Shown here: one piece after another, positions 24,826-36,761 of the stretch | Numbering within the stretch: position 1 is the stretch's first letter | How the letters are laid out: each line of letters begins with the position of its first letter | NCBI GenBank assembly: GCA_032718475.1 | Contig: JAUCBJ010001151.1 | Span: 25,432-89,431 of the forward strand | Length of the DNA stretch: 64,000 nucleotides | From: Nemertoderma westbladi | Lineage: Eukaryota > Animalia > Xenacoelomorpha | Direction: 5' to 3' | Translations under genes and position numbers: made by a program | The notes under the pieces: generated by a model | The model's database searches: none | What the model saw: the letters and a program-made list of their open reading frames with translations, nothing else | What the model was told of the DNA's origin: nothing

Positions 24826-26442
24826 GGCCTTCATACATACAGTATGGTTATTATGTTATTGACGACTCCGGCCACATTATACTCTCTCTTGTTTTTCTAG
24901 CATTCTGTGTTCATTGCAAATGTGTTGTTGCAGAGAAACTGTCAAATGTAACGACATAAAGCTTTTTGTTTTTTAAATCCGACTTAAATTTCCAAATTTC
25001 AGCTTACATTCTTGAATGGTGAGATTGCTCCCGAACGGTCCGCTTCCGTTGAAAATGTGTTTCGCTAAAGAATTCTACCATTCGCGAACTTTCGCAAGAT
25101 GAAAAAGCGGTAGCGTTCCCACTTCACTCTTTTCCTCTCTATTACCAAATGTAAATAATGGTATTCGATAATGGTAGCCAATTGATTTATCGCCTTACTA
25201 AAAATATTAATTTTTCACTAAAATTTTAACAGGAAATCACTAAAATATTCAGTTTCCACTAAAATCTATTAATTAACATTAAATCTATTAATTATAAATT
25301 ATTGCTAAAATGTGGAAAGGACAGCTTACAGTGCCACGTTATTCTAACCTAAATAATGAAGGGATTTTATTAAAACAGCCGTAACAGATGTATTTTTGAT
25401 GATTCAAAAATATATTTTAGTGATAATTAAATTGAGTGGAGGAAATATATATTTGATAACGAAAAAAAATTACTGGAAAACAGGAATTGTTTCAGTGACC
25501 AATAAAATTAATGGGTTTAATGTAGGCTACCAATACTAGTAAAACAGTATACCACTAAACATAGAGACATGCCGGGCATCCTGCTCCTTTCCCTTAATGA
25601 GAATTTAACATTGAGGCGGGATATTAATTCGCCAAGATGGGATTTGCGTCCTCCAGTTCACCCCCCCCCCCCCCCCCCCCCCCCCTGTCTCACTTTTCGA
25701 ACGCCCCCAAGTGCATATTGAGACTTTCTTGAACTATAAACTAGTCTAGTAGTATAGTAGGATAGGTAGCTATGATTATCTGTAGTAAGTGTTCCACAAT
25801 CAATGGCCAACACAGCGGTTGTGAGTTCAAAATGAAGTTAAAAGCTAAAAGTAAATATTTGTGCGCGGTAAATGGTAGATCAGTTTAAGTAATTGGTGTA
25901 AAAGGTAAGTTACAAAACAGAATTTGTACTTAATTTTTATTTGGCACTAAACAATATGGGACATGTAACTATACAATACGTACTAGAGAAACTTAGTTAG
26001 AAATATACGAAATAGTACAAAAGTTATGATTTCTTTTAGAATAACTATTAGCATTAATAATATTGACTTACAAATGTCAGTTTAATTCGAGCGACGCCAC
26101 CATTGGATGTTCATTATTAGTTAACCTCTTGGGAATGGACTTACTGGAGAGGTTACTGATAATTAATATAATTACTACATTAGGTAAATTAATTTTAATA
26201 ATATTTTGATATTAAACTTTTACTATTATCATAATTAATTAAACAACACTGCTACATTCAAACTACTTTTCATTATCGGAATATTGTCTCCCCGCCTCAC
26301 ATAATAGGCTAATAATGAAGTTATCTTGCATCCATACCCATGCATTCCATTCTTGTAAGAAAAAGAAATTAAAAACAACATTTAACCAACGAAAAAGGGA
26401 ACAACATATTTTGAGTCAGATATCGTTACTCGATAGTTCTTT

Positions 26443-26854
26443 GGGCTCGTTCATAAATGACGTCACGGCTTTGCTGCTAAATTTAACAACCGACCCCCCC
26501 CCCCCCCCCCCCCCCCTCCCGACGCAACATCACGTCACAAAAATAACAAAATATATTTTCGATTAAATTAATATCGAATATAACACCTTCTTTATATCTG
26601 TGAGAGTAAAATAAAGTGACAAGATACTTGGGTACAGTGCACACAACATTGCATATATAATAACTAAACTCAGTCTAGTATATTTATTGACGAGATTTCC
26701 CACAGCGGGGATAATTTAAATAGATTTACTAAACTAAAGGCACACTATCATATTGTGTGACGTCACGTAAGCGTCTACCAGAGTCACCGGTATGTCGCAC
26801 ATTTGTTTACCCCCCCCCCCCCTGCCCGTGACGTCATTATTGTATGAACGGCCC
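26443..26854. mobile_element. MITE, about 410 bp, PIF/Harbinger-like termini
   Basis: Left GGGCTCGTTCATAAATGACGTCACG and right CGTGACGTCATTATTGTATGAACGGCCC are imperfect inverted repeats; internal poly-C runs; TSD unclear. Confidence 0.75.
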
Positions 26855-26934
26855 ATATGGCCAATAAAATAACCATTATTGATTATTGCAAAAATTACAT
26901 CGGAAGGAATACCAGAAAATATTAAGGTCGCAGC

Positions 26935-29900
26935 CTAGGAGTAGTAGTCCTGGTAATCGGGATGCCACTTATAGAAGTTAACGTTGAGAATAACGACTTG
27001 GCCGCCGGACAGACCCGTAATGATGTGGCGGTTATCGTGACTCAGCCCGACGTGATGGACGGCGGCTGGGAGACTCTTATACGTGTAAAGGCACTGGTAG
27101 TCGTGGCAACGCCAGATGCGCACGAGATTGTTGTTGCGACCCGCTGCGACTAGATACTCACCGTCCTGCGTAGTCGTCATAGCGACGGCGTCGTCGTCGC
27201 AGACAACGCCCCACATCCACTTCCCGTTGACGTGGTACCGGGACATAAAGGCTTTATCGTACGCCACGTATATGTACCCCGAGGCGGAGTTCAGATGCAC
27301 CAACCGGGGCGAGAGAGCGCCCGTCTCGGCGAGGGCGTCCTGGGAGGGGCGAAGGGCGCGCACCAGATCCCCTTGCACCGTGTGCACCAGAACCGCACCG
27401 CCGGTGCTGCAACTAACCACCAAGCCCAACTCGGCGCTCACAGCCGCGTCTGCCACCTCGGTTTCGTGGCCCGTGAGTATCGCGATGGGCAACCCGGTGT
27501 CCCCCCCGACCGGGCTGGCCGACACCACGGCCCCCGCCGCCGCGCTCCAGTACCAGACCAAGAGCGTGGCGTCCCGACTTCCGGTGACCACGTAGTAATC
27601 CGAACAACTAGACCGCGTCTCGCTCCGAGCCATACACGTTATAACATCGTAATGGCCGTAAACAACCTGATCCAATTTACAATCCGACTCGACCGAGAAA
27701 ACCCGAAAACTTCGATCCCAGTAGCCACAGGCCATAACGTGACGACTATCGGAGCTCACTATAAAGTTTCTGCTACTGAGGACGACAGAGCTGCGGTTAA
27801 ACAACGACGCGTCCAGGAATCGTTTATCCGTCATGCCGTACTCGAAGTACACATCCATATCGAGGACGTCCTGAACTACCGACTTCTCGGTGGAAGTCGC
27901 GCTCGGATTGGCCCATTTATGGATCCCGTACATTTGGTTGTGGGAGATTGTGACGACGGTGGGAGTCGGGGCGTCGGTGTTGCATCGAAGGTGGAGAACC
28001 GCCGAGTTGGAAGGGAGCTTCAAGGTTTGCGCGAGTTGGGCGTTCTGGGCGCAGCCCGCGCCCAGCAGCGGGGGCGACAGGTGCAGCGCGGAGCCGCGGG
28101 GTGGATGCGGCCCGAGTAGCAGCTGACTGGGCGTCTGGCCGAAGCAACGGATCTGGGAGCGAACCGCGTCGCGAGTAACCGCATCCGGGATCCTCTCGAG
28201 GTCTACCGCGCCCTCGTAAGTGAGATAATAAAAGACGTTGAGAGCGCGAACAGCCGCGGGGCCGCGCTGCTTGAACCCGAAAATAAGATCGACCCATTGG
28301 TGGATCTGACACGACACTATCTCGGACTCGAGAGCGGCTCTGTGTAACCTAATAAACTCCTCCGGGCTTCCACCAGACCACGGAGGCAACTCGACATCGC
28401 CAACCTCCACACCGTCCTCGCGTCTACCGAACACGAACCCATTGTCATTACAGAATGCCTCCGGGAGGTAAAACAACTCAGGGATAAGTTCCTTAACGTC
28501 CGAACTGTCCCGCTGACAGTTAGCCCACGCCTGTCTCATCGAACTGAAAGTTCGATCTGCATGATCAAACTTACCTCCCTGTAAATGCAGGAAGTAGGTC
28601 GTGAAAGGTTCAACTCGTACCAAATAGGCAAGCACGAAGCCCGCTGTGGAGTAGTGGGTCCCGTAATGGAAGGGAGGGATTCTTTCATCATCCCACGATT
28701 GGTAGCGCTTACGGAAGAACTCAGCTCGCGAGGGATTCAAAGCACCGATGGGTTGACTGAGATCCCGGTAGTTGCTCGAAAGAGATAGATCCAACTGATC
28801 CGACTCGTAATTGGATAGGATCCAAGGGAACACCGGGTATTGGTTCAGGTCGTTGTAAGAACGACCGGCGATCGTGTTGAGGAACATTAGATACTGGAAA
28901 TTGGATATTTCGCGTCGTTGCCAACGTGACATCATATTGGAGGCGGTTAGAAGTTGCCGTGGAGACGCCAGTGACATTCGACGCGTCTGCGGTACGCCAT
29001 ATTTACTTCCTATACCAACTCGGGGAAGGTAGCTGACAACCTTGCGAACTAACCGATTATCTTGAAAATTTAGAAATACCGCAGTTTTGTTGCTTAGGAA
29101 TATCTCGATGGCGGTGTTTTGTAGCATAAATCGACGAGAGAATACCGCTTTTATCTCTGAGAAATGCCACCGGCCATGTAAATGTTCGCAGTATTGCAAC
29201 AGTTTCGGATTTATTGACAGGCCACTGTCATCGTGAACTTCGAAAAACACATCGGCCGAAGTTACTGATAAACTTCCAGAGATAACCAACGAAGGAGTAA
29301 CCAACTCGCAGGGTTCCGATAACAGAATCGATGATGAAGGTGGTGCTGATGATTGTAGATTTATAGAAACAACATCTAAATCTTCTACATCATCCAAAAC
29401 TAGCGAGGTATCATCTTGGGTTGCTTGATTCGAAGGATCCATACATTGATCCACATTAACAGCATCTGTGGTGGTCGCATCTATAACATCGCGAGGTTTG
29501 GATGAGTTGAGTAAGGCCTCTCTATGGGTCGAGCCATACGGGTTGGGGACAAACCTACGACGACGACGTAAACGATCTTCCCACGAATCCAACTTCATAA
29601 ACACCCCACTCTCAACATCCTCGCTATCACCAACATCCTTCCTCCAGATTTTCTGGTAATCACACATGACACTAACTATCTTATTGAAGTTGCTGAGAGC
29701 CAAACGGTTGTCTCTTTTCCGGGATGTTGACAGCAAATTATCACACATTCGTTCCTCTTCTCGCCTTTCCATGGACGTTACGGCACAAACTTTCCCAAAT
29801 GTCGCGTGTTTCTCAGTCTCTTCGTTGTGTTCCCTTGTCAGTATATAATGGGCTTCAGTAGCCACCCTCAGAAGGTGATCTTTCGTGGCCTGACTGAGTA

Positions 29901-32900
29901 AACGTCCTTCATTGACCAACTCAATAAATGCTAAACCTGCATTCTTTTGTATCGTATTCTGCCACTCCTGAGAGCAAAGCATCATCACCAACTCAACCAC
30001 ACCACCAGTGTTATTCATCTTGAGAGAGTGCAGGCCACCGCATAGAAGCTCCTGGCCATGACTACCAATCAAAGTTTTATTCAAAAATGCAGAATAATCA
30101 CAAAAAATATCTTTCAACAAGGGGGCCGCACTATTCAGGGACTGTTGCAGCTGCGTGGAAATCTCATATGCAATGGTGGACCGATGGTCATTCATTTGCT
30201 GGGTGCCCTCAGTTGGAAAGCTTTCACTGTCAGAAACAAGATCAATATCAGACATAGCCTGTTTAACATTTAACTCACAGTCATTATTATCATGAATGGC
30301 ATCATTTTGAGATTCTATTGTCATTGGAATTTCTATATCGTCGCTGCAATCAGAAGGAGCCTTATGAAATGTTCTTGGCTGTCGGTTCCCTTCTGGTTCC
30401 GTTGATGGAATATTCGACGGGAAAATAGTTTCTTTAACCTCGAGATCCGTGTCACTAACATCAGTGCCTGTATCCTCAGTCAGGGTGTTGTCAAAATTGA
30501 TTTGAGATGTTGTTGAATTCTCTTTGAGGAATTTAGTAGAGTTCAAATTGGATGGTTGAGATTGTGTTATAGCAGATACGCCCTTGGCGCCCACTGGTAG
30601 CCCAACTGCGCCCATTTGTCCATCAACATCTCCATTGCAATTGATAGGAACCTCAGTGTATTCTTCATTAATGTGGATTCTACCTTCATCGTGACTATCT
30701 GGCGATGCCACATTTGGAAACGGTTTGGAACTATCATCAAAAGGCAATCTTCTAAATAAACCACCGCCATCTCCTTTTGTAGATCTCGATTTATTATTAT
30801 CTGATATACCACTAGATTGTTTTCCTGATTTATTTTCTATTGTGTATTCGACCTGTATTTTTTCACCAAATTCAAGGATAGTCATATTTTTTATTTCACC
30901 GCTCAAGGTTTCGTCATTACACGGGTCAGTACGGTGTTCAATACACTCTGAAGAAGTATCAAAGGGGGGTTGCGTTGCATATCTACCTCTCGACGTCTCA
31001 ATATCATCAGCCAATGATTGTACAGACTGTGAATCTTCATCATCTGCATCACTTTGCAGATAAGTTGGCTGTTGTACCAAACCGGGATTCTCTGATGGGG
31101 TCAGAGGAACCCTTTCTGGCTCCAAAATATCCCGATAACGTCCAACCATCAGTATAGAGAGGAAATAAACTACAACCAAAGCGATAAACTGTGAAGACTT
31201 TGAGTCATCAGCATCTCTATAGGAACAGGCTCGCAACCTACTAACATCTATCTCTTGCACAAACTTATCGATGTGTTTAATGTAGAGCATAGATGAGGAT
31301 CCACCATAATCAACCATGATATCCTCGGAGGCGGCTATTAGACTCTGAATGGCATCCCGTCTAGTAGGCGATGATTCTAGTTTGAACCCAGGACGACTTC
31401 TATGCCTCACCTCAAGACAGTTACGCGCTGAGCAATATAGAACAATCCGTAAACACTGCCGCAAAATTCCACCAGAAGACATGTTCTTCTCTTGTTCTAA
31501 ATGACTGAAACCAAGGGTGGAACCAAATACCATTACATCAACAATATTCAAAAGGCGATTGATAAAATTCACACCTTTTTCTAATTTAATACCGAGAGAT
31601 GGTGATATTGTGTCATTGAGTTGAGATGTTGCGGACGAGAGAATGGCTATAATACCTCCACTGGCGTAAATCAGGCTGTCAGCACATTGGGATACCAGAT
31701 GGATTGTATTGTGTACGAATATGGCATTCTCAGTTGCAGAGACGAAGTCCATCACAGATTTCTGGCCGTGTGTCCTCCAAACCTGAAGGTCAGTTTCAAT
31801 AGCAAACAGTAAGTCGGAGAGCAGTCGTTGGTGTAGCAGGGACCAACGGAAATCAGGAATCTGTAGACCAGTAGAGTTCCCCTGCGCTAAATAATTGGCT
31901 TGCGTAGCAGCAGGTTCGTAGTGAGTACTGCCTCCACTGTTTTCGTTACTCAATGCCTGACGGTGGTTGCTAGATTCATTGTGTAAAATATTCGAACTAA
32001 CACCTTCATCATCGAAATGCGACGCAACTTCATCCAATACATTTTTCATAAAGTCGGTAACAAACTCTGGTACATCAGTATTGGTTTTATCGGTTTCAGT
32101 CATATTATTCTCAATATCCCCATTAGGCTGCTCGTTAACCCCAGATATACTACCGGTATTAGTTTTCTGACTAACTAGTTGTTCATCGGGTACCACATTG
32201 TCTGCTGTACCCGAATATTTATTGCCGGGTGTGGCACTCTGGAATTGACTACGAACACGCTCAACATAGACTTCATGGTCGGCACAGGTGACCCTGGAGT
32301 GGGCGATGGCGAGGGTGTCAACCCAGACCCGCCATCCTCCATACTCATACTTCATGGAATGGTACAGCAGCATTCTGAACAATGAGAACACTGTTTCATT
32401 TAGTTTAAACTCATCAGCATTTCGAATGTATATATAACCCAAAGACAACATCCAGTCTTGCCATATAGAGCACTGCAACAATCGTCTTCTATTCTCCCTA
32501 CTGGTATTGAACAAAAGAACCATATCGGACAAGAATAGCCTCTTAACATAATGAAGTTCATTAGTTTCCTCTGAGGACTGGATGAGTTTCGCAACAAATT
32601 TCAGCAGACCGGCATTCATCAACGAGTAACTGGAGTCGACAATGGGGTGTCTACTCGTGTGGATCTGAGGGTCAGGTCGCTCTGTAAACAACTCGAATAA
32701 ACCATTGTAAATTACCATGGAGAGTTGACAACCGTACAGCGACAAACGTTGACATAGCAATGGCCACAACGCGTATGAGTCAACCAACTCAATTTTAACT
32801 TTATACGGAATATTTGCAAAGAAATAAGATATAATTTTTAAAGTCTTAATCTGTATTAAGTTATTATTGTTAGCTAACAATTTGAATAGAACATGAATTC

Positions 32901-35049
32901 CACCTCGTCGATCTAAAGCTGCAACTGTAGACTTTGTGTGGGTCGTAGATAAATAAAACAGAAGGGACAGAACATCGTGGATATTCTCGATCTCGTGAAT
33001 CGTCGACAAATAATTAAGTATAGATTGCACATTCTCTTCATCAACGTTGTCGTCTTTCAGAATTAAATGGCGAATGGTAACCAGAATGAGGGAGCGGATC
33101 TGCATTATATCATCGGAGTTGGGTCTGGACCCGTCCACACCCCGAGCGAACACCCCGCTACTATCGGTTGGGTTGCGAATCCAATAGTAATGCTTCAAGG
33201 AGTGCAGCAACTGCAATACCGTGGAGACAGTCCGCGTCCGATAGTTAAATATATCAGCGAATATAACAAACTCAGTGGATATATAATTCCATAGCGTCAA
33301 CTGGATCTGGGGAGAGGTATAAATCCATAAACTCGGGTAAAACAGAATATGATCCGACAATTGTTTGAGAAGGAAAGATCCATGGAAGGAGTGCCGATAC
33401 AAAAAGCGAGATAAATTAATTAATGATATGATAACATCGAGGGTTAAATGATCAGGGGAAACTCTTTCAAGTAAATAGGAAAGTAATTGAAATCCTCGCA
33501 TTTGTATCATCTGCTGGTGGAATGTTTGAGAACCTAGCAATAAGTTGCACAATGTTTCAATGAGAACAGGACATATAGAATCAGATGTCGTTTCCTCTAA
33601 AAGCAAATCTAATTGTGAGAATAGCGGAAGAAATACACGAATGCCACCAATGCTGTGGAGAGAGAAATAAAGGGAGTGGGTGGTTATAGACTGAACACCT
33701 TGAAGCATGAGCGCATGAGGGGAATGCACAAAATAATTATTATTGCCACGGCATTCAAAACAAAGTTGTGACTCACAAGCTTTAGGATTATAGTGGAACC
33801 CAATATGTTCCCACAATCTACTTTCATGGAGGATTTTATAATCCGGTGTCATACGAAATCCCTCAGTGTCGATGTCATATTTAAACTGACCTTGGTAACT
33901 AGACTTTAAATTATATATGGCTTTAACACAATCGCTTGATATCGATTTATCCAACATGTATATGGCAGACATTTGTCCATTGAACACTCTGTCATTGTCC
34001 CCCTCGCTGCTACATCCGATAAAACATTTATCGAATACGTCGGAGGTTTTGACTAGCCATGAGAACTCGGCAACATACACAAGCGAACCGTCAACAAATG
34101 CCTGAATCTCACTACTCTTCCAGCGATTATACACGTGGACCAACGTAACCATGTACCATTTACGCAACTGGAATTCGAACTTAATGCAATGCTGGAATCC
34201 CTTGGTTGGTGTCTTCAGCGAAGTGATTACGAGACATGATCCAACAAAATGGGCAGAGTAGCCAACGCCACGGGAGGTTCTAAAGCAATACAAGTACGGC
34301 TTACAAGTATCAACGACAGTGTTACAAACCGGATCCAAACGCATCCAGGTGTGAAAAGTCCAACCGCTAGTGGAAGGCCACGAGCGTATAGGGGGCAGCG
34401 CTATACCAACACTGCGGCCCTGGACGGGGTTGCTGGGAGAAGGGGTGGTCTTCGTCTGCGACGGGGACGTATCTAGATTAATATTGGGTGAGTATTCTAA
34501 TATCTCCGAGAAATTGAAGAAAGTAGATGGTCCATGTGTGATAGTCAGTTGTGATAATACAGATAACAATTGAAATGAATGACGCGGCCAATTCTTGCCT
34601 TGAGCTTTCAAAAATTGTATTATACGCTTAAGTTCTTTTACAGTGATTGTAAAATGTAGCATAACTGATAAAAGTTCAAGAAGCACATGAGATAGCAATT
34701 CGTCAGCAGTAGGTAGCTTTGAAATGATGTAATCTGTAAAACCAGCCTGTGAAGCTGAATTTAAATTTGAAATCGACTTCCTAAGCATGATTGACAAATA
34801 AGTCAAGATTTCGGCTTGTTCTGTACTGTCACAGTGGTTTAATAATTCAAAAGTCATTTTCAAATTCGATGGACTTGAAATAACAAATGCGTTCTCTATG
34901 TCAAAGTTCCCACTAACAAGCAAATTTAAAGTTTTGTCTAAGATATCCCTCTTGGAACTTTTATGATCGTTCACCATTTCAATTAATGTAGATAGAAGTG
35001 ACTCTTTCGGTGGAGTTGTTGTTACGCATTGGGAATTGCTATTATCCAT
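26935..35049 (-). CDS. NBEA: Neurobeachin/LRBA (rugose) family BEACH-WD40 protein, single coding exon, 2704 aa
   Basis: N-terminal NLLVSGNFDIE, ConA-like domain (GWTFHTWMRLDP...KWYMVTLVH), YEYGGWRVWVDTLAIAHS, VELVMMLCSQEWQNTIQKNAGLAFIELVNEGRLL, PH domain, BEACH (EISNFQYLMFLNTIAGRSYNDLNQYPVFPW, HYGTHYS), WD40 tail (GSRDAT). NBEA versus LRBA is not resolvable by eye. Confidence 0.97.
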   Translation of the reverse strand: MDNSNSQCVTTTPPKESLLSTLIEMVNDHKSSKRDILDKTLNLLVSGNFDIENAFVISSPSNLKMTFELLNHCDSTEQAEILTYLSIMLRKSISNLNSASQAGFTDYIISKLPTADELLSHVLLELLSVMLHFTITVKELKRIIQFLKAQGKNWPRHSFQLLSVLSQLTITHGPSTFFNFSEILEYSPNINLDTSPSQTKTTPSPSNPVQGRSVGIALPPIRSWPSTSGWTFHTWMRLDPVCNTVVDTCKPYLYCFRTSRGVGYSAHFVGSCLVITSLKTPTKGFQHCIKFEFQLRKWYMVTLVHVYNRWKSSEIQAFVDGSLVYVAEFSWLVKTSDVFDKCFIGCSSEGDNDRVFNGQMSAIYMLDKSISSDCVKAIYNLKSSYQGQFKYDIDTEGFRMTPDYKILHESRLWEHIGFHYNPKACESQLCFECRGNNNYFVHSPHALMLQGVQSITTHSLYFSLHSIGGIRVFLPLFSQLDLLLEETTSDSICPVLIETLCNLLLGSQTFHQQMIQMRGFQLLSYLLERVSPDHLTLDVIISLINLSRFLYRHSFHGSFLLKQLSDHILFYPSLWIYTSPQIQLTLWNYISTEFVIFADIFNYRTRTVSTVLQLLHSLKHYYWIRNPTDSSGVFARGVDGSRPNSDDIMQIRSLILVTIRHLILKDDNVDEENVQSILNYLSTIHEIENIHDVLSLLFYLSTTHTKSTVAALDRRGGIHVLFKLLANNNNLIQIKTLKIISYFFANIPYKVKIELVDSYALWPLLCQRLSLYGCQLSMVIYNGLFELFTERPDPQIHTSRHPIVDSSYSLMNAGLLKFVAKLIQSSEETNELHYVKRLFLSDMVLLFNTSRENRRRLLQCSIWQDWMLSLGYIYIRNADEFKLNETVFSLFRMLLYHSMKYEYGGWRVWVDTLAIAHSRVTCADHEVYVERVRSQFQSATPGNKYSGTADNVVPDEQLVSQKTNTGSISGVNEQPNGDIENNMTETDKTNTDVPEFVTDFMKNVLDEVASHFDDEGVSSNILHNESSNHRQALSNENSGGSTHYEPAATQANYLAQGNSTGLQIPDFRWSLLHQRLLSDLLFAIETDLQVWRTHGQKSVMDFVSATENAIFVHNTIHLVSQCADSLIYASGGIIAILSSATSQLNDTISPSLGIKLEKGVNFINRLLNIVDVMVFGSTLGFSHLEQEKNMSSGGILRQCLRIVLYCSARNCLEVRHRSRPGFKLESSPTRRDAIQSLIAASEDIMVDYGGSSSMLYIKHIDKFVQEIDVSRLRACSYRDADDSKSSQFIALVVVYFLSILMVGRYRDILEPERVPLTPSENPGLVQQPTYLQSDADDEDSQSVQSLADDIETSRGRYATQPPFDTSSECIEHRTDPCNDETLSGEIKNMTILEFGEKIQVEYTIENKSGKQSSGISDNNKSRSTKGDGGGLFRRLPFDDSSKPFPNVASPDSHDEGRIHINEEYTEVPINCNGDVDGQMGAVGLPVGAKGVSAITQSQPSNLNSTKFLKENSTTSQINFDNTLTEDTGTDVSDTDLEVKETIFPSNIPSTEPEGNRQPRTFHKAPSDCSDDIEIPMTIESQNDAIHDNNDCELNVKQAMSDIDLVSDSESFPTEGTQQMNDHRSTIAYEISTQLQQSLNSAAPLLKDIFCDYSAFLNKTLIGSHGQELLCGGLHSLKMNNTGGVVELVMMLCSQEWQNTIQKNAGLAFIELVNEGRLLSQATKDHLLRVATEAHYILTREHNEETEKHATFGKVCAVTSMERREEERMCDNLLSTSRKRDNRLALSNFNKIVSVMCDYQKIWRKDVGDSEDVESGVFMKLDSWEDRLRRRRRFVPNPYGSTHREALLNSSKPRDVIDATTTDAVNVDQCMDPSNQATQDDTSLVLDDVEDLDVVSINLQSSAPPSSSILLSEPCELVTPSLVISGSLSVTSADVFFEVHDDSGLSINPKLLQYCEHLHGRWHFSEIKAVFSRRFMLQNTAIEIFLSNKTAVFLNFQDNRLVRKVVSYLPRVGIGSKYGVPQTRRMSLASPRQLLTASNMMSRWQRREISNFQYLMFLNTIAGRSYNDLNQYPVFPWILSNYESDQLDLSLSSNYRDLSQPIGALNPSRAEFFRKRYQSWDDERIPPFHYGTHYSTAGFVLAYLVRVEPFTTYFLHLQGGKFDHADRTFSSMRQAWANCQRDSSDVKELIPELFYLPEAFCNDNGFVFGRREDGVEVGDVELPPWSGGSPEEFIRLHRAALESEIVSCQIHQWVDLIFGFKQRGPAAVRALNVFYYLTYEGAVDLERIPDAVTRDAVRSQIRCFGQTPSQLLLGPHPPRGSALHLSPPLLGAGCAQNAQLAQTLKLPSNSAVLHLRCNTDAPTPTVVTISHNQMYGIHKWANPSATSTEKSVVQDVLDMDVYFEYGMTDKRFLDASLFNRSSVVLSSRNFIVSSDSRHVMACGYWDRSFRVFSVESDCKLDQVVYGHYDVITCMARSETRSSCSDYYVVTGSRDATLLVWYWSAAAGAVVSASPVGGDTGLPIAILTGHETEVADAAVSAELGLVVSCSTGGAVLVHTVQGDLVRALRPSQDALAETGALSPRLVHLNSASGYIYVAYDKAFMSRYHVNGKWMWGVVCDDDAVAMTTTQDGEYLVAAGRNNNLVRIWRCHDYQCLYTYKSLPAAVHHVGLSHDNRHIITGLSGGQVVILNVNFYKWHPDYQDYYS

Positions 35050-36030
35050 TTGAGTAGCGGTATAATAATTAGTCGATTAGCAGATTTATATAGATATGAA
35101 TGAGATATATATAAGCTGATAAGGTAGTAATGATATAGGCCTAACACACTGACACATGTAAATATCAGCTCAGCATACTACTAGCATATCAGCATTCAGC
35201 ATATAGCTATAGCAGTCTAGGTACTAATCTAGGAGAAATAACACTAAGTATATAACAATAAAAAACTCTAAATAACAATTCCAACGCGATACTATGTACT
35301 ACACTAGTACATAGCTGCATAGTATCGCGTTGTACTACATACTGACATACTAGCCTCAGGCTCTATAAACTAGGCTAAACTAGTCTCATATAATACATAT
35401 GTAGGCCTATTAAAACGAAGGCAGCAATGAGGAAAGCCCCTGCCCTCTGCTGAAGTTTGAACGAACAGTTTTATCAGCCCTTTTCGGTATTTCTCATACT
35501 GCACAAACCACAAAGGCCTTTACTGAAAAGTTGCTTTGCTATGGCTGTTTCAAGTAAAACACGTGGTGAGCAGAGCACAGAGCCCTCGGAAACGTTTCAA
35601 CAGTTGGTTTGGTTTATGTAAAAGTATCTCATGTGTCGCGCAATAGTCTGATAGTGTGTGTCAGTTCTGAGCCATTTCAACACATCAAGCTGTCAAGACA
35701 CAGAGACATGGCTTATTTGTTGTAGGTCTAAGTCACTTTTTTTAGTCAAATCCGTTCTGCCGTTCAGCCGTTAGGTAACAAGTTTGACAAAAAAAGAATA
35801 CCTTTTTCTGTTTTTGGTTAACAAAAAGTACATGTTGAGACTCCTACACACTGACACATTATAAATTTCTATCGAATTTACTTCACTTATTTACCGTTAC
35901 TTATCTGCTTATGTCAGGCTAACATGTTAATAGGCCTAGACTGATAGATGGTAGATAGAGTTTCAAATGAAATTAACAGTCAGACAGTATGGCAATATAA
36001 TATCATTAGAGAATGTGGCAATCAATTAAC

Positions 36031-36761
36031 CAGCGTAACGGTCGTGACATGGTTTCGTAACGGTTGTGACATTATCGATTTTCACGTAAATCAGAAGTTC
36101 AAAAAATGGTAAGGTATTAGGGTTAGGTATTGAAATCGATTTAAGGCAGGTTTTCTTGTACGCTGATTTTAATGGAAGGCTTTTTACATTCCGCAATTGA
36201 ACACATCTACCATTTTTAGTGCTAAAATGAAAAGTGCAAGTAACGTAGGACCGGTTTTCTGGTGCGCTGATTTCAATGGAAGGCTTTTTAATTTCCGTAG
36301 TTGAATATGCCTACAATTTTTGGTGCTAAAATGAGATTATAATTTTCAAATTTTGTAGATTATATATAAGCAGCCATACGTTCTACTGTTCTATGTAGTA
36401 CTGTTGGCCTAACACCTAAGCTGATATTTTGGTTATTATGTGTACATTACCTGATTACAGTATAATTATAATTACATCCTACAGTCCTACCAGTGTCATA
36501 AATGATACAAATTAATATATACTGTATAATACAGTAATAATGATTCCTAAGGTTTGTGTCACAACCGTTACGGCCACAAGTGCTGTTATGGCACGTTATA
36601 GGTTAAGAAGAAACCTTTGTACGCCCAATATTACAATTATCACTTTGTGTGGAATCATATTCCAAAATGTAATCTAAATAGAGAGTAAAAAAGACGACCT
36701 TTCGTTCCTTGAATTATACATGCTAATATTCCCACATGTTAATGTAACGACCGTTACGCTG
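36031..36761. mobile_element. Non-autonomous TIR element, about 730 bp
   Basis: Left CAGCGTAACGGTCGTGACAT, right ATGTAACGACCGTTACGCTG; subterminal copies near 36056 and 36557; internal ~85-bp direct repeat near 36148 and 36253; an extra left end at 36905. Confidence 0.7.

Noticed and set aside
26962-28788. Antisense ORFs over the NBEA 3' end (up to 295 aa)
   Set aside because: Expected from high GC and stop-codon scarcity opposite a real CDS.
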